This document shows positions 10,448-19,916 of a DNA stretch of 64,000 bases, piece by piece. The notes beneath the pieces are model-generated. The model saw nothing but the letters and a program-made list of their open reading frames with translations, had not been told where the DNA came from and did no database searches. Within the stretch, counting starts at the first letter, position 1. Each line of letters opens with the position of its first letter. A program made the position numbers and the translations under genes. Source of the stretch: Promethearchaeota archaeon (GTDB lineage Archaea > Asgardarchaeota > Lokiarchaeia > Sigyniarchaeales > SOKP01); NCBI GenBank assembly GCA_048940645.1, contig JBHLOI010000010.1:1-64000 (forward strand), read 5' to 3'.

Positions 10448-10481
10448 TTTATAAATGCCGGTTACATTCTTGTTAATTAGA
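10448..10481 (+). promoter_or_regulatory. TATA box plus conserved downstream element, repeat copy 2
   Basis: TTTATAAA at 10448-10455 and TTACATTCTTGTTAATTAGA at 10462-10481. The TATA box starts 63 nt before ATT in both copies. Confidence 0.65.
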
Positions 10482-10510
10482 TATTTAATCAAAATAAGGG
10501 GAAAAATAAA

Positions 10511-10720
10511 ATTAAAATAATTGCTCACGCTATTGAGGGGTATTCATACTTTCTACATCCTGATTATCTTTCTGCATCAACAGTTAAAGTTGATTTTACA
10601 GATAATCTTTTATCATATTCTGAGATTATGATTATTGCTGCACTTATAATCGTTCTAATTCTAGCTATTTATTTCATTAATAACTATATCTCATCAAAAA
10701 AAAGATTGAATAAACAATAA
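10511..10720 (+). CDS. Unannotated 69-aa membrane-anchored peptide, putative RiPP precursor 2 (ATT start)
   Basis: (M)KIIAHAIEGYSYFLHPDYLSASTVKVDFTDNLLSYSEIMIIAALIIVLILAIYFINNYISSKKRLNKQ*. SD-like AAGGGGA lies upstream and there is an in-frame TAG at 10478. Confidence 0.8.
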   Translation: MKIIAHAIEGYSYFLHPDYLSASTVKVDFTDNLLSYSEIMIIAALIIVLILAIYFINNYISSKKRLNKQ

Positions 10721-10784
10721 TTATTATTCTTTCTAAGTCATTTTGCTTTGAGAGAAAATTAGGATAGAGATAAATCAATTAAGT

Positions 10785-12173
10785 TTGGTGGTTTTTAAAA
10801 TTCATCTTTCTATATTAGAACCAGATTATATTGAAAAACGCAATCAACAGTACTTATTTATTTGGAAAGAATTACCCTATTGGATGGTTGTTGATGAAGA
10901 GGCTTATAGAGTTATAAGATTAGCGGATGGTTCTCGTTCTCTAAAAGAAATAGCAAAACTTGTTTATAGCAATGACCAATTTGATAGAGAAAAAATAACT
11001 GAGCTAAATAGTTTTGTTAATGCCCTAAAAGATTTAAATCTATTAAAAATGCCTAATAAAAAAAAAGAAAATAAGGTAAAATCAAATTCTAAACCTATTC
11101 TTGAAAATATTACTATTAATATTACTAATAAATGTAATTTAAGATGTAAGCATTGTTATATTAGCGAATTTAACAAAGAAAATAATTTTCCCGTAAGCAG
11201 CTTTAAGAACTTTGTAAATACAGCAAAAAATTATAAATATACTTCTAGAAATCTAAATTTTGCGATTTTAGGAGGGGAACCTCTTCTTGAAAAAGAAAAA
11301 CTTATTGAAATAGCTAAATTTGGGAAGAATATTGGTTCTGAAGTAATTGTGTCTACAAATGGTCAATTAATTAATTCTGAATTTGCCAGAAGAGCTAAAC
11401 AACATAAATTAATCGTCCAAGTATCTATAGAAGGATCTAATAAATTAGTTAATGATTTTATAAGAGGAAACGGTACATTTCAGAAAGCAGAAAAAGGAAT
11501 TAAAGAATTAGTCAGATATGGCGTCTATACTATAATTTCTATGGTAGTTCATGAGTTTAATTTTCAAGATATCGAAAAATTTTATTTTTTTGGGCGTTCT
11601 TTAAAAGTCGATGAGGTTAGATTTATACCGCTTAAAATAATGGGGCGGGGAAAATTAAACTTTAATCCAATTTTAAAGAAGGATTTACTTTTGGATATTC
11701 ATAATCTTATAAAAAAATATCCTGAATCTAAACGCTATTTTAAAAGAGATTACTATACTATAATGAAAACCTCCTGCGCTAACTCTAATCAAACACTCTA
11801 CTGCGGTACAGGCTCTAAAACTTTGTTAATAGACGCCAATGGTGAAGTATATCCATGCCCAAATCATTGTCTACCTGAATTTAAATGTGGCAATATTACC
11901 AAGAAATCTTTTGAAGATATCTGGCTTAAATCCCCCATACTTAAAAAAGTAAGATCAACTTATAATATAAATAAAATAAATAATGAATGTAGTAATTGTA
12001 TTGTGAAGTATTGGTGTGCGGGTGGTTGTAGGGGTGAAGCCTATGAAAATTTTAGGATTATGACATCAAAAGCTATTGGATGTGAAGATATTCGCAATAG
12101 TATTATCGAGACTTTTTGGATTTTATCTAAAGAAGATTATACACAATATTCCAAGCCAAGAGAATACTTTTAA
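10785..12173 (+). CDS. Radical SAM/SPASM peptide maturase with N-terminal PqqD/RRE-like domain
   Basis: N-terminal beta strands plus a winged helix (DGSRSLKEIA), CNLRCKHC, GGEP, and SPASM CGTG...GEVYPC...CSNCIVKYWCAGGCR...C. Confidence 0.9.
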   Translation: MVVFKIHLSILEPDYIEKRNQQYLFIWKELPYWMVVDEEAYRVIRLADGSRSLKEIAKLVYSNDQFDREKITELNSFVNALKDLNLLKMPNKKKENKVKSNSKPILENITINITNKCNLRCKHCYISEFNKENNFPVSSFKNFVNTAKNYKYTSRNLNFAILGGEPLLEKEKLIEIAKFGKNIGSEVIVSTNGQLINSEFARRAKQHKLIVQVSIEGSNKLVNDFIRGNGTFQKAEKGIKELVRYGVYTIISMVVHEFNFQDIEKFYFFGRSLKVDEVRFIPLKIMGRGKLNFNPILKKDLLLDIHNLIKKYPESKRYFKRDYYTIMKTSCANSNQTLYCGTGSKTLLIDANGEVYPCPNHCLPEFKCGNITKKSFEDIWLKSPILKKVRSTYNINKINNECSNCIVKYWCAGGCRGEAYENFRIMTSKAIGCEDIRNSIIETFWILSKEDYTQYSKPREYF

Positions 12174-12271
12174 TCTTAACTTTTATTATTATTGTTTTTT
12201 TAAATGAAATTCTTTTAATTTCATATAAATGTTTTTATATATTTTTCAGAATTTATTCTTATCGAGAGTTT

Positions 12272-12580
12272 ATGAGTAATTCAAACGATGATTGTCGTGA
12301 GGATGTTTGGGAGTACTATGATAAAATAAAGGATGCGCTTGACGGATTATTTGAGGTTTTAAGTATAGCATTAGACCCAAATAGTGTCTATTATCAATGT
12401 GGGGTGGATAATCTAAAAGCATTAAAGGGTGGATTGATAGAATTACTAATGAAAGATTATGATACTTTAGACCTACAAGATACTTTACGAAAGATTGAAT
12501 TCGATGTAAAAAAGTCTTTATTTTTTGAAAACACTAAGAAAAAAACACAAAAAAATCAAGATGAAGAAAAAGCCATATAA
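12272..12580 (+). CDS. Hypothetical helical protein (paralog of 61790..62056)
   Basis: IKDALDGLFEVLSIALDPNSVYYQCGVDNLKAL aligns with IKECIQALYEIFKIALPNNNIYHQMGQDNIEAL. Confidence 0.75.
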   Translation: MSNSNDDCREDVWEYYDKIKDALDGLFEVLSIALDPNSVYYQCGVDNLKALKGGLIELLMKDYDTLDLQDTLRKIEFDVKKSLFFENTKKKTQKNQDEEKAI

Positions 12581-12690
12581 GTTTATAATTGGTTCCTTTT
12601 TTTCATATAATAAATATTACAGGCACTAGTTTAAGAATAATGTAAAGTTTCATTTCAATTCGTTTTAATGTATTAGTAAAACTAAAAATT

Positions 12691-12852
12691 TTAATGTGTA
12701 AAGAGTTTTGAGCCCAATTTAAGACATTTATCAAGATTTTCTTTTATATTCGGTTTTTCAAGAGATTTAAAAATTTCATCTGGATTTAAACACGATTGAA
12801 TAGATTCATTTTTAAATCCTATTTCAATAACTCTTCCTTTCTTCTCTTTCAT
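12691..12852 (-). CDS. Unannotated 53-aa hypothetical protein
   Basis: MKEKKGRVIEIGFKNESIQSCLNPDEIFKSLEKPNIKENLDKCLKLGSKLFTH*, preceded by SD-like GAGAGTGAG. Confidence 0.5.
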   Translation of the reverse strand: MKEKKGRVIEIGFKNESIQSCLNPDEIFKSLEKPNIKENLDKCLKLGSKLFTH

Positions 12853-13137
12853 TTCTATTAACTCACTCTCATAATAATAATCAAAATTTTATTAAAGATA
12901 GTACCAAATAATAAATTTAAATATCCTTTTAATAATCTATTTAAAAATGGAAAGATTTTAGAAACTTTTATAACTATTTTGTGGATTTTTCTTCTTTCAA
13001 ATAATATATTAATTTATTTATATTTTATAGAAAATGTTAATTATAGTTCAAAATATATACTTCTGAAAATCCCAATCATGTCTTCTGCCAACCAATAAGA
13101 CTTTTAAATGCCTAAAATGAAAATATAATGAAATTTT

Positions 13138-14358
13138 TTAGGCATCATCTTTAAAAGCTAAAAATAGGATTATTGCTATGGATAATGGAATTATAATTCC
13201 CATAATCAATGTAGCTTTTACTCCTAATAAATCGAATACCAATCCTGAGATTGGAGCACCTACCGCGATTCCAGCAACCACTAACGCATAAAAGGTTCCT
13301 GTCGCAATTCCACGATTATATTCTTCTGTATTATTTCTAATTATTCCAGCTGAAGTAGGGAATACCATTCCATGGCCGATTCCAAAGACTAACATACCTA
13401 GAATTGGAAAGGGAGATAGTATTGAAATCATTAAAATTAAAAATCCAATAGAAGCAAATATTAATCCAGTAGACATTATTTTCTTATGACCAATTTTATC
13501 ACCAAATGCCCCTGAAGGATAATGAACTAAAATTGATAAAAACACTAAGACACTAAATATAATTCCGATTTGACCAGAAGTATAACCAGCATTTTCTAAC
13601 ATAATAGAATAAGTGGCTGTAATAATGCCAAGATTGATGTTTAGCGTTAATATACCTAGATATGGAGATATCATTTTCTTTGAGAAAAGTGTTTCTTTAA
13701 AAATTATAATTTCTTCCCTGAAACTTAATTTTTTTTTAGCTGGATAATATATTTTTGGTAAAACAAAAGATAAAACCGCCATAACGAATAATACTATTGA
13801 GATAATTAAAAATAAAGTCTTGTATCCGATTACTTGAGCTCCTATTCCTCCAACCATAAATCCAAAGAGAAGGGCAATCCCGAAGGAAATACCATAGAAA
13901 GCCATTCCTTTTCCACTTTTTTCTTTTGGTGTTGCGTCTGATAAATATGCCATCGTTCCTGGACCCCCAAAACCTCCACCTAATCCATGGATGATTCTAG
14001 CAAAAAGTAAAAAGTAGGGATCTTGCGCTAAGGAATATAATAAAATTGAAAAGCCATCTAACAATATACCAATCGCTATTAAAACTTTTCTTCCAATTTT
14101 GTCAACAAGTCTCCCTGCGATGATATTAGAGGGGATATGAACCATTGAATATGCCCCAACGATAAAAGTAGCAAGAATGAGTGGGGCACCTAAACTAATT
14201 GCATAAATGGAAATAATAGGAATCGCAACAGTACTATCAAAATTAACTATAAATGTTAACACAAGCACTAGGAAGAGGTGTTTTCTTCTGATTTTTAATG
14301 ATTTTTGATTATTGCTTTCTATACCTTCCTCCAAACGCATAGCCAAATATTTTATCAA
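13138..14358 (-). CDS. MFS transporter
   Basis: 12-TM pattern with motif A (GRLVDKIGRK and GAFGDKIGHK). Confidence 0.92.
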   Translation of the reverse strand: MIKYLAMRLEEGIESNNQKSLKIRRKHLFLVLVLTFIVNFDSTVAIPIISIYAISLGAPLILATFIVGAYSMVHIPSNIIAGRLVDKIGRKVLIAIGILLDGFSILLYSLAQDPYFLLFARIIHGLGGGFGGPGTMAYLSDATPKEKSGKGMAFYGISFGIALLFGFMVGGIGAQVIGYKTLFLIISIVLFVMAVLSFVLPKIYYPAKKKLSFREEIIIFKETLFSKKMISPYLGILTLNINLGIITATYSIMLENAGYTSGQIGIIFSVLVFLSILVHYPSGAFGDKIGHKKIMSTGLIFASIGFLILMISILSPFPILGMLVFGIGHGMVFPTSAGIIRNNTEEYNRGIATGTFYALVVAGIAVGAPISGLVFDLLGVKATLIMGIIIPLSIAIILFLAFKDDA

Positions 14359-14515
14359 CTAATTCTATATTTTGAATTTAATTTTATTCAAGAATTGTAA
14401 AAAATATTATGAATTAAAACTCTTAGACTAAAATATTATAAAAATTTTTTTATATTGAATTTTTGTTCTTTCAAATTAAATTTTAATAAGAATTCTATTT
14501 ACATAATTTGATATT

Positions 14516-14839
14516 ATGACGAGAATTTCGAAGAAACCCTTAGAAAAGGAAAGAAAAACAATTAGAACGATGATTGGTATGTATTGCAAAAAATTTCATG
14601 ATCCAAAAAATGAATTTTGCGAAAATTGTTTGGAACTCTTCGAATATGCTAGTGAAAGATTAGACTATTGTCGTTTTGGTGAAAATAAACCGACATGTGA
14701 GAAATGCCCAATACACTGTTATAAACCTGAAATGAGAAAAAAAATCAGGAAAATTATGCGATATGCTGGACCTCGAATGATATATACACACCCAATCATG
14801 GGTTTTCGGCATTTATTCAAAAAAATGAAAAAAATTTAA
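14516..14839 (+). CDS. YgbA/nitrous-oxide-stimulated-promoter family Cys-rich protein
   Basis: EKERKTIxxMIxMYC...CENC...RLDYC...KPTCEKCPIHCY...MRYAGPRM. Confidence 0.85.
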   Translation: MTRISKKPLEKERKTIRTMIGMYCKKFHDPKNEFCENCLELFEYASERLDYCRFGENKPTCEKCPIHCYKPEMRKKIRKIMRYAGPRMIYTHPIMGFRHLFKKMKKI

Positions 14840-14990
14840 AATCTTTAGTAGAAAAATTTCTATATTACAGATAGTTTAAGTTTTGTTATCCCTTCTTTTG
14901 CACGAAGAACTCTTCTCTAAGAAAGGGCTAAATTCGTTGTAATTCCCCCTTTACTGATTCTTGGGGTTTTATAGGTTTATTTAATCTGCT

Positions 14991-16085
14991 TTACTCTTTA
15001 TAGTATTTATAATATATACTACATGTTCCTTCTTGAGAAACCATACAAGGACCAATAGGATTAATTGGAGTACAGTTCTCTCGAAAAAGTTTACACTCAT
15101 AAGGGTAAAGTTTTCCAACCATAACTAAATGGCAAGAACATCCTGGAGGTATATCTTGAGATCTCTCGATATTAATATTAAATTTTCTATCAGCATTATA
15201 TTTTTCAAATTTATCATTAATAATTAATCCTCCATCAAGAATTCTGCCTATACCTCTCCATGGAGATGAAACAGGCTTAAAAACCTCTTCAATTATTTTT
15301 TGAGCAATCAAGTTTCCTTCAGGTTTGACTATCCGTGAATATTCATTCAATGTTTCATACGTTTTTTCTTTAATTTGTTTTAAAAGCATTAAAATTGCTA
15401 ATAATACATCATTTGGTTCAAAACCCGCTATAATGTTAGGTACTTTATAAGCATCCGAGAATATTTTAAATGGTTTTAAGCCTATAATCGTAGAAACATG
15501 TCCAGGAGAGATAAATCCATCAATTTTTAGTTGTGATTGGCTTATTAAAAGTTCTAAAGCTGCAGGTATTAATTTATGAGCACAAATGACCGAAAAATTA
15601 GATGGAGGATTAGCCTTTATTTCATATCCAGTTAACGGGACTGTTGTTTCAAATCCTATTGAAAAAAAGATAACTTCCTTATTTGGGTTATCTGATGCTA
15701 TTTTAACAGCGTCATGTGGCCCATAGACTATTCGAATATCAGCCCCTTTAGCTTTTAATTCTGCTAATGAAATATTTGTAGCCGGGACTCTAATCATATC
15801 ACCAAAAGTGGTAATAATAACATCATCTCTTTTACCCAACTCAATAGCTTTATCAATATCTGCAGCGGGACACACGCACACAGGACATCCAGGACCCGAC
15901 ACAACTTCAATTTGTTTAGGTAAAAGAGTTCTTAAGCCATATTTAGAAATAGTATGCTCATGTGTTCCACATACATGCATCAATTTTATAGGTTTATTGA
16001 TTTCCTTTAATAGTTTTTTAATTTTGATAATAACTTTATTTGTAAAGTCTTTATCTTTTAAATATTGTGTCCCAGGAAATTCCAT
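14991..16085 (-). CDS. hypD: Hydrogenase maturation protein HypD
   Basis: HVCGTHE, GPGCPVC, GFETT, PGHVS and GPCMVSQEGTC. Confidence 0.97.
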   Translation of the reverse strand: MEFPGTQYLKDKDFTNKVIIKIKKLLKEINKPIKLMHVCGTHEHTISKYGLRTLLPKQIEVVSGPGCPVCVCPAADIDKAIELGKRDDVIITTFGDMIRVPATNISLAELKAKGADIRIVYGPHDAVKIASDNPNKEVIFFSIGFETTVPLTGYEIKANPPSNFSVICAHKLIPAALELLISQSQLKIDGFISPGHVSTIIGLKPFKIFSDAYKVPNIIAGFEPNDVLLAILMLLKQIKEKTYETLNEYSRIVKPEGNLIAQKIIEEVFKPVSSPWRGIGRILDGGLIINDKFEKYNADRKFNINIERSQDIPPGCSCHLVMVGKLYPYECKLFRENCTPINPIGPCMVSQEGTCSIYYKYYKE

Positions 16086-16124
16086 TTGAATTATACTCTA
16101 TTTAATTTTATTTTAATTAATAAT

Positions 16125-17177
16125 TTAACATATTCTCGGGATTGGTTCTCCTAAAGGCATATCAATGAACCTTGTTCCACCTATTAAGGTCTTAAGTAAA
16201 ACTTTCTTACTATTTTCTGCTTTAACTTGTCCTATTATTTCTGCGTCACTTCCAATACTAGTTGATTTTATTTTTTCGAGAATATTCTCTGCAAAATTTG
16301 GATCAACAGATAATAAAGCTCTTCCTTCGCTTGCGATTGTATATGGATCTAATCCCAGCATTTCACATACTGCATTTACCTGTTTTTTAATAGGAATTTT
16401 ATCTTCTTCCACCATAATGCCAACATTAGATTTCATTGCCCAATCATTTAAAGCAGCAGCAATTCCTCCTCTTGTAGGATCTTTCATCGCATGAATAAAG
16501 TTATTATTTATATCTGATTTTAAAACGTTATAAATCTCTAATAATAATGCGAGATCTGATTCTAAATCCGAAGAAATGTTTAAACCCTCACGGCTGGATA
16601 TTAATGCGGTTCCGTGATCTCCAATTGAGCCTGTAACAATAATTTTATCATCTACTTGTAGATTGTTGTCTAAAATTTTAATATTTTTTTCTTTGATTCC
16701 AATACCAGTAGTTGCCATAATGATTTCATTTAATGTACCATGAGGCATTACTTTTGTATCTCCCGCAATTATCGCGATATTGGCTTCTCTTGCTTTATAA
16801 TTAAATGAATTAACTATCTTTTCTAAAATATCGAATTTTAATCCTTCTTCAATAATAATTATAGAGGTTATTGCTAATGGTTCAGCTCCCATCATTAATA
16901 AATCATTAACAGTCCCACAAACGCTTAATATTCCCAAATTTCCTCCTGGAAAAAATAAAGGATATACCGTATGACCATCAGCGGTAATAACAATTTCATT
17001 TTTATAATCTTCTAATGGAATTGTTGCTCCATCATCTAATTCCTCAACACCTATTCCTTTATTAACATTTTTATATGTAATATTTCGTGTAATAAAGTCA
17101 ATTAGTTCTTCTTGTAATAACCCACCAGCACCATGAGCTAAACGAATAACACTTGAGCTTACTTTCTTTCCACTCAT
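16125..17177 (-). CDS. hypE: Hydrogenase maturation protein HypE
   Basis: LAHGAGG, GTVNDL, GDTKV, DPTRGG and C-terminal PRIC. Confidence 0.97.
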   Translation of the reverse strand: MSGKKVSSSVIRLAHGAGGLLQEELIDFITRNITYKNVNKGIGVEELDDGATIPLEDYKNEIVITADGHTVYPLFFPGGNLGILSVCGTVNDLLMMGAEPLAITSIIIIEEGLKFDILEKIVNSFNYKAREANIAIIAGDTKVMPHGTLNEIIMATTGIGIKEKNIKILDNNLQVDDKIIVTGSIGDHGTALISSREGLNISSDLESDLALLLEIYNVLKSDINNNFIHAMKDPTRGGIAAALNDWAMKSNVGIMVEEDKIPIKKQVNAVCEMLGLDPYTIASEGRALLSVDPNFAENILEKIKSTSIGSDAEIIGQVKAENSKKVLLKTLIGGTRFIDMPLGEPIPRIC

Positions 17178-17315
17178 AATAAAATGAAATAAAGAGAAAT
17201 TAAAAGAATTTAGGTTATAAATAATTATTCCAATATTTTAAGTTTAAGACATTGATCTTAATAAAAAATTATCAATATTAGATTTTTATTAGAACGTGAA
17301 ATTGTTTATCGCTAT

Positions 17316-18686
17316 TTAAGTATCACTCATTTTATCATGAAATTTTTGACCCAATAAACTATCTGCTACAGTAAATCTATTAAATAGTCCTGCTGGATCT
17401 TTAATTTTCTGGATGATTTCTTGAGGATCTAAATCGGCGCATAAAGAACCTAATGTACTCATGAATTTTACACCTTGATCTTTAACACCTACAGGTGGTC
17501 CATAACATCCTAAACAAGGAGCATTTGCTTTATTTGGACATATAGTACCACACCCTGCATGAGTTACTAAACCAAGACATATATATCCTTGTTCTAGAAA
17601 GCACTTATCTGTTGTAGGTAATCCTTCATAGTCTCTTTTCAATCCAATTGGAACTTTGTCAACTATAGTTCTATCACAATGGCTACAAACAGTTTTAGAG
17701 CTAAATTTGAAATTAGGATCATTTTTCAACAGAAAAATTATCGAGCTAACTATTTCATCAATTATTTCAATTCCTGTTGGATTTAAATCTAATTTCTTGT
17801 TTCGATCTTCTATTTCATTAAAGGTTTCAGGTTCATATGCCAAACGTTGGACCAAATCATCATAAAAGTAGAAACTTGTGATACTAGTAGATCCTAAATA
17901 TAATATTAGAAAATGCAGTAAATTTGCCCTTACTTCCTCTTTTATTTGATTTAAATTCATAATTAATTCTAGCAAATTTTCAGCTTTATCTCCCGGACGA
18001 TTTGTATGCTTAAAGCAACCAAAACAAATCTCACCTTTATTCGGGCACATAAGTTTACATCCTCCGGCAGTTACCGCTCCATAACATAAAGAACCAGTCT
18101 CTAAAAAGCAACTACTTTTATATAAATTGCATTTATCACATACACACATACTTTGATTCTGTGAAGATATATGGTCTTTAATAAAAGATTTTAAATGCAA
18201 AATAGTGGCAGTAATATTTTCAGTTTTAGGTGGACAACCTGGGACGAAGATATCAACATGAATAATATCTTTAACGTTATAAATATATTTTTCAAAATCT
18301 GGTAAACCAATACTTGGAAGTTTAACGTCTTTTTCTAAAGATGTATCATTTTTTGTAAATTCACTTTTAATTAAATCTTCTTTATCAAATAGATTAGCTA
18401 ATCCTGGAATGCTTCCATAACAAGCACATGCTCCTAGACATACTATGATTTCACACATTTCTCTTAATAATTTAACATTAGCTGTATCTTGTTCTGTCCT
18501 TATTACTCCCTCTATGATCCCAACCTTAAATTTCTTCTTGTTTATATCATTTTCAGCATTTTCTGATGGCCAAAAAATGAAATCTAAATCAGAAAGAATA
18601 GGTAGTAATTCATAATGTGCATTTAAGAGGTTCTGATGGCACCCCCAGCAAGAACTAAGCTGCAAATAATATATAGATAAAGACAT
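17316..18686 (-). CDS. mvhG: F420-non-reducing hydrogenase small subunit (MvhG-like) with duplicated C-terminal Fe-S module; no adjacent large subunit
   Basis: SCWGCH, GACACYG, PGCPP and two copies of CxxC...CFLExG..C.G..T..GC...C......C.GC. Confidence 0.85.
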   Translation of the reverse strand: MSLSIYYLQLSSCWGCHQNLLNAHYELLPILSDLDFIFWPSENAENDINKKKFKVGIIEGVIRTEQDTANVKLLREMCEIIVCLGACACYGSIPGLANLFDKEDLIKSEFTKNDTSLEKDVKLPSIGLPDFEKYIYNVKDIIHVDIFVPGCPPKTENITATILHLKSFIKDHISSQNQSMCVCDKCNLYKSSCFLETGSLCYGAVTAGGCKLMCPNKGEICFGCFKHTNRPGDKAENLLELIMNLNQIKEEVRANLLHFLILYLGSTSITSFYFYDDLVQRLAYEPETFNEIEDRNKKLDLNPTGIEIIDEIVSSIIFLLKNDPNFKFSSKTVCSHCDRTIVDKVPIGLKRDYEGLPTTDKCFLEQGYICLGLVTHAGCGTICPNKANAPCLGCYGPPVGVKDQGVKFMSTLGSLCADLDPQEIIQKIKDPAGLFNRFTVADSLLGQKFHDKMSDT

Positions 18687-19323
18687 TTTTAAAAATAACC
18701 ATTCTTTATATTTAGCTAATATAAGATAATTACATTAGAGGATAATTAAATTAAAAACATCTGGTTATAAAAAAAAAGCATCTTATTATAGTAAATTGTG
18801 CGTTTTTATTAGTATAATTAACTCAATTCAAATCAATCTGCAAAACTGATTATTTAGTTTGTTCTAAGATAATTGAATGTCAAACTATTAAATAGAAAAG
18901 TGAAGAAATCTACTACTATTGAAATAAAGCTATATTATAATGAATTAAAATGATCAATTTATAGTTCTCTGCTTAATTTTTTAACCAAATCACTAAGTGA
19001 TATTCTTATTTAAAATTGATTTTCTATTCTGATAGTAATTCAAAAAGCTAACGTGAGAATTAATTTATTCATTTTTATATAAAATAAGTTTAAAATTTGA
19101 ACTAAGATTAGAAAGTTGTTTAAAACTGACACTTTATAATATCGAGTAGTTTTGATTTCCCAATCCTATAATAACTAGGAGAAAGACTTAAATATAAGAA
19201 AAAGGTCTACTTTAACAGACGTTAATAAAGTTAAGTCTATTCTATCTTTTGGAAATTATTATTTTATCTAAAAAGTACGTTAACCAGAAGAATAATGAAA
19301 AATTATTGGAGAAGTGTATAAAA

Positions 19324-19902
19324 ATGATCGATTCTGAACAAGAGATTATTAAAGATTTCACAGATGATTTAGCTAATTCGTTAAAAGAAGCAGGATATCC
19401 CCAGATTGATGCATGCATTCAATGTGGGACTTGTTCTGGGGGATGCCCATCAGGAAGGAGGACAGCATTAAAAGTTAGAGCAATTATAAGAAAAGTTCAA
19501 TTAGGAATTGATGAAATTCTTACAGAGAATGATATTTGGTATTGTTCAACTTGCTATACCTGCCTTGAAAGATGTCCTCGTAAATTACCTATAACAGATA
19601 TGCTTATTTATTTGAGAAATCTAGCAGTGCAAAATGGATTTATGCTTGAAAGCCATCTTGATTTGTGTAAAAAACTTTATAGTACTGGACATGGTGTTCC
19701 TATAGATGATGATAAATGGAGCGATTTACGAAAATCGTATGGTTTAAAACAAATTCCGCCAACTGTCCATTCTAATCAAAAAGATCTGGAAGAAATCCAA
19801 ATACTTCTTCAAAGTGCTAAATTTGATAAACTTATAAATCTTGATTCTGAAAAGGAAGAGAAAAATGAAGAAGAGAAATACTATATTACTAATACAATGT
19901 AA
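19324..19902 (+). CDS. hdrC: Heterodisulfide reductase subunit C (likely start ATG 19324)
   Basis: CIQCGTCSGGCP and WYCSTCYTCLERCP. Heads the hdrCBA operon. Confidence 0.92.
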   Translation: MIDSEQEIIKDFTDDLANSLKEAGYPQIDACIQCGTCSGGCPSGRRTALKVRAIIRKVQLGIDEILTENDIWYCSTCYTCLERCPRKLPITDMLIYLRNLAVQNGFMLESHLDLCKKLYSTGHGVPIDDDKWSDLRKSYGLKQIPPTVHSNQKDLEEIQILLQSAKFDKLINLDSEKEEKNEEEKYYITNTM

Positions 19903-19916
19903 GAGGTTATAAAGGG

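Larger units (their letters stand above)
10056..10720 (+). repeat. Diverged tandem duplication (offset 392 bp) of promoter plus small gene
   Basis: Shared blocks include ATTAAAATAATTGCyCAyGCTATTGAGGGrTATTCA, TTTCTACATCCTGATTATCTTTCTGCA, GATTTTACAGATAAT and TATTTCATyAATAACTATAT. Confidence 0.9.

Noticed and set aside
10343-10528. Track ORF on the minus strand (61 aa)
   Set aside because: It lies antisense across the promoter and start of precursor 2. The synonymous-change pattern supports the plus-strand frame.
14860-14990. Slightly GC-richer stretch between ygbA-like and hypD, possible ncRNA or gene remnant
   Set aside because: No convincing stem, ORF or recognisable homology by eye.
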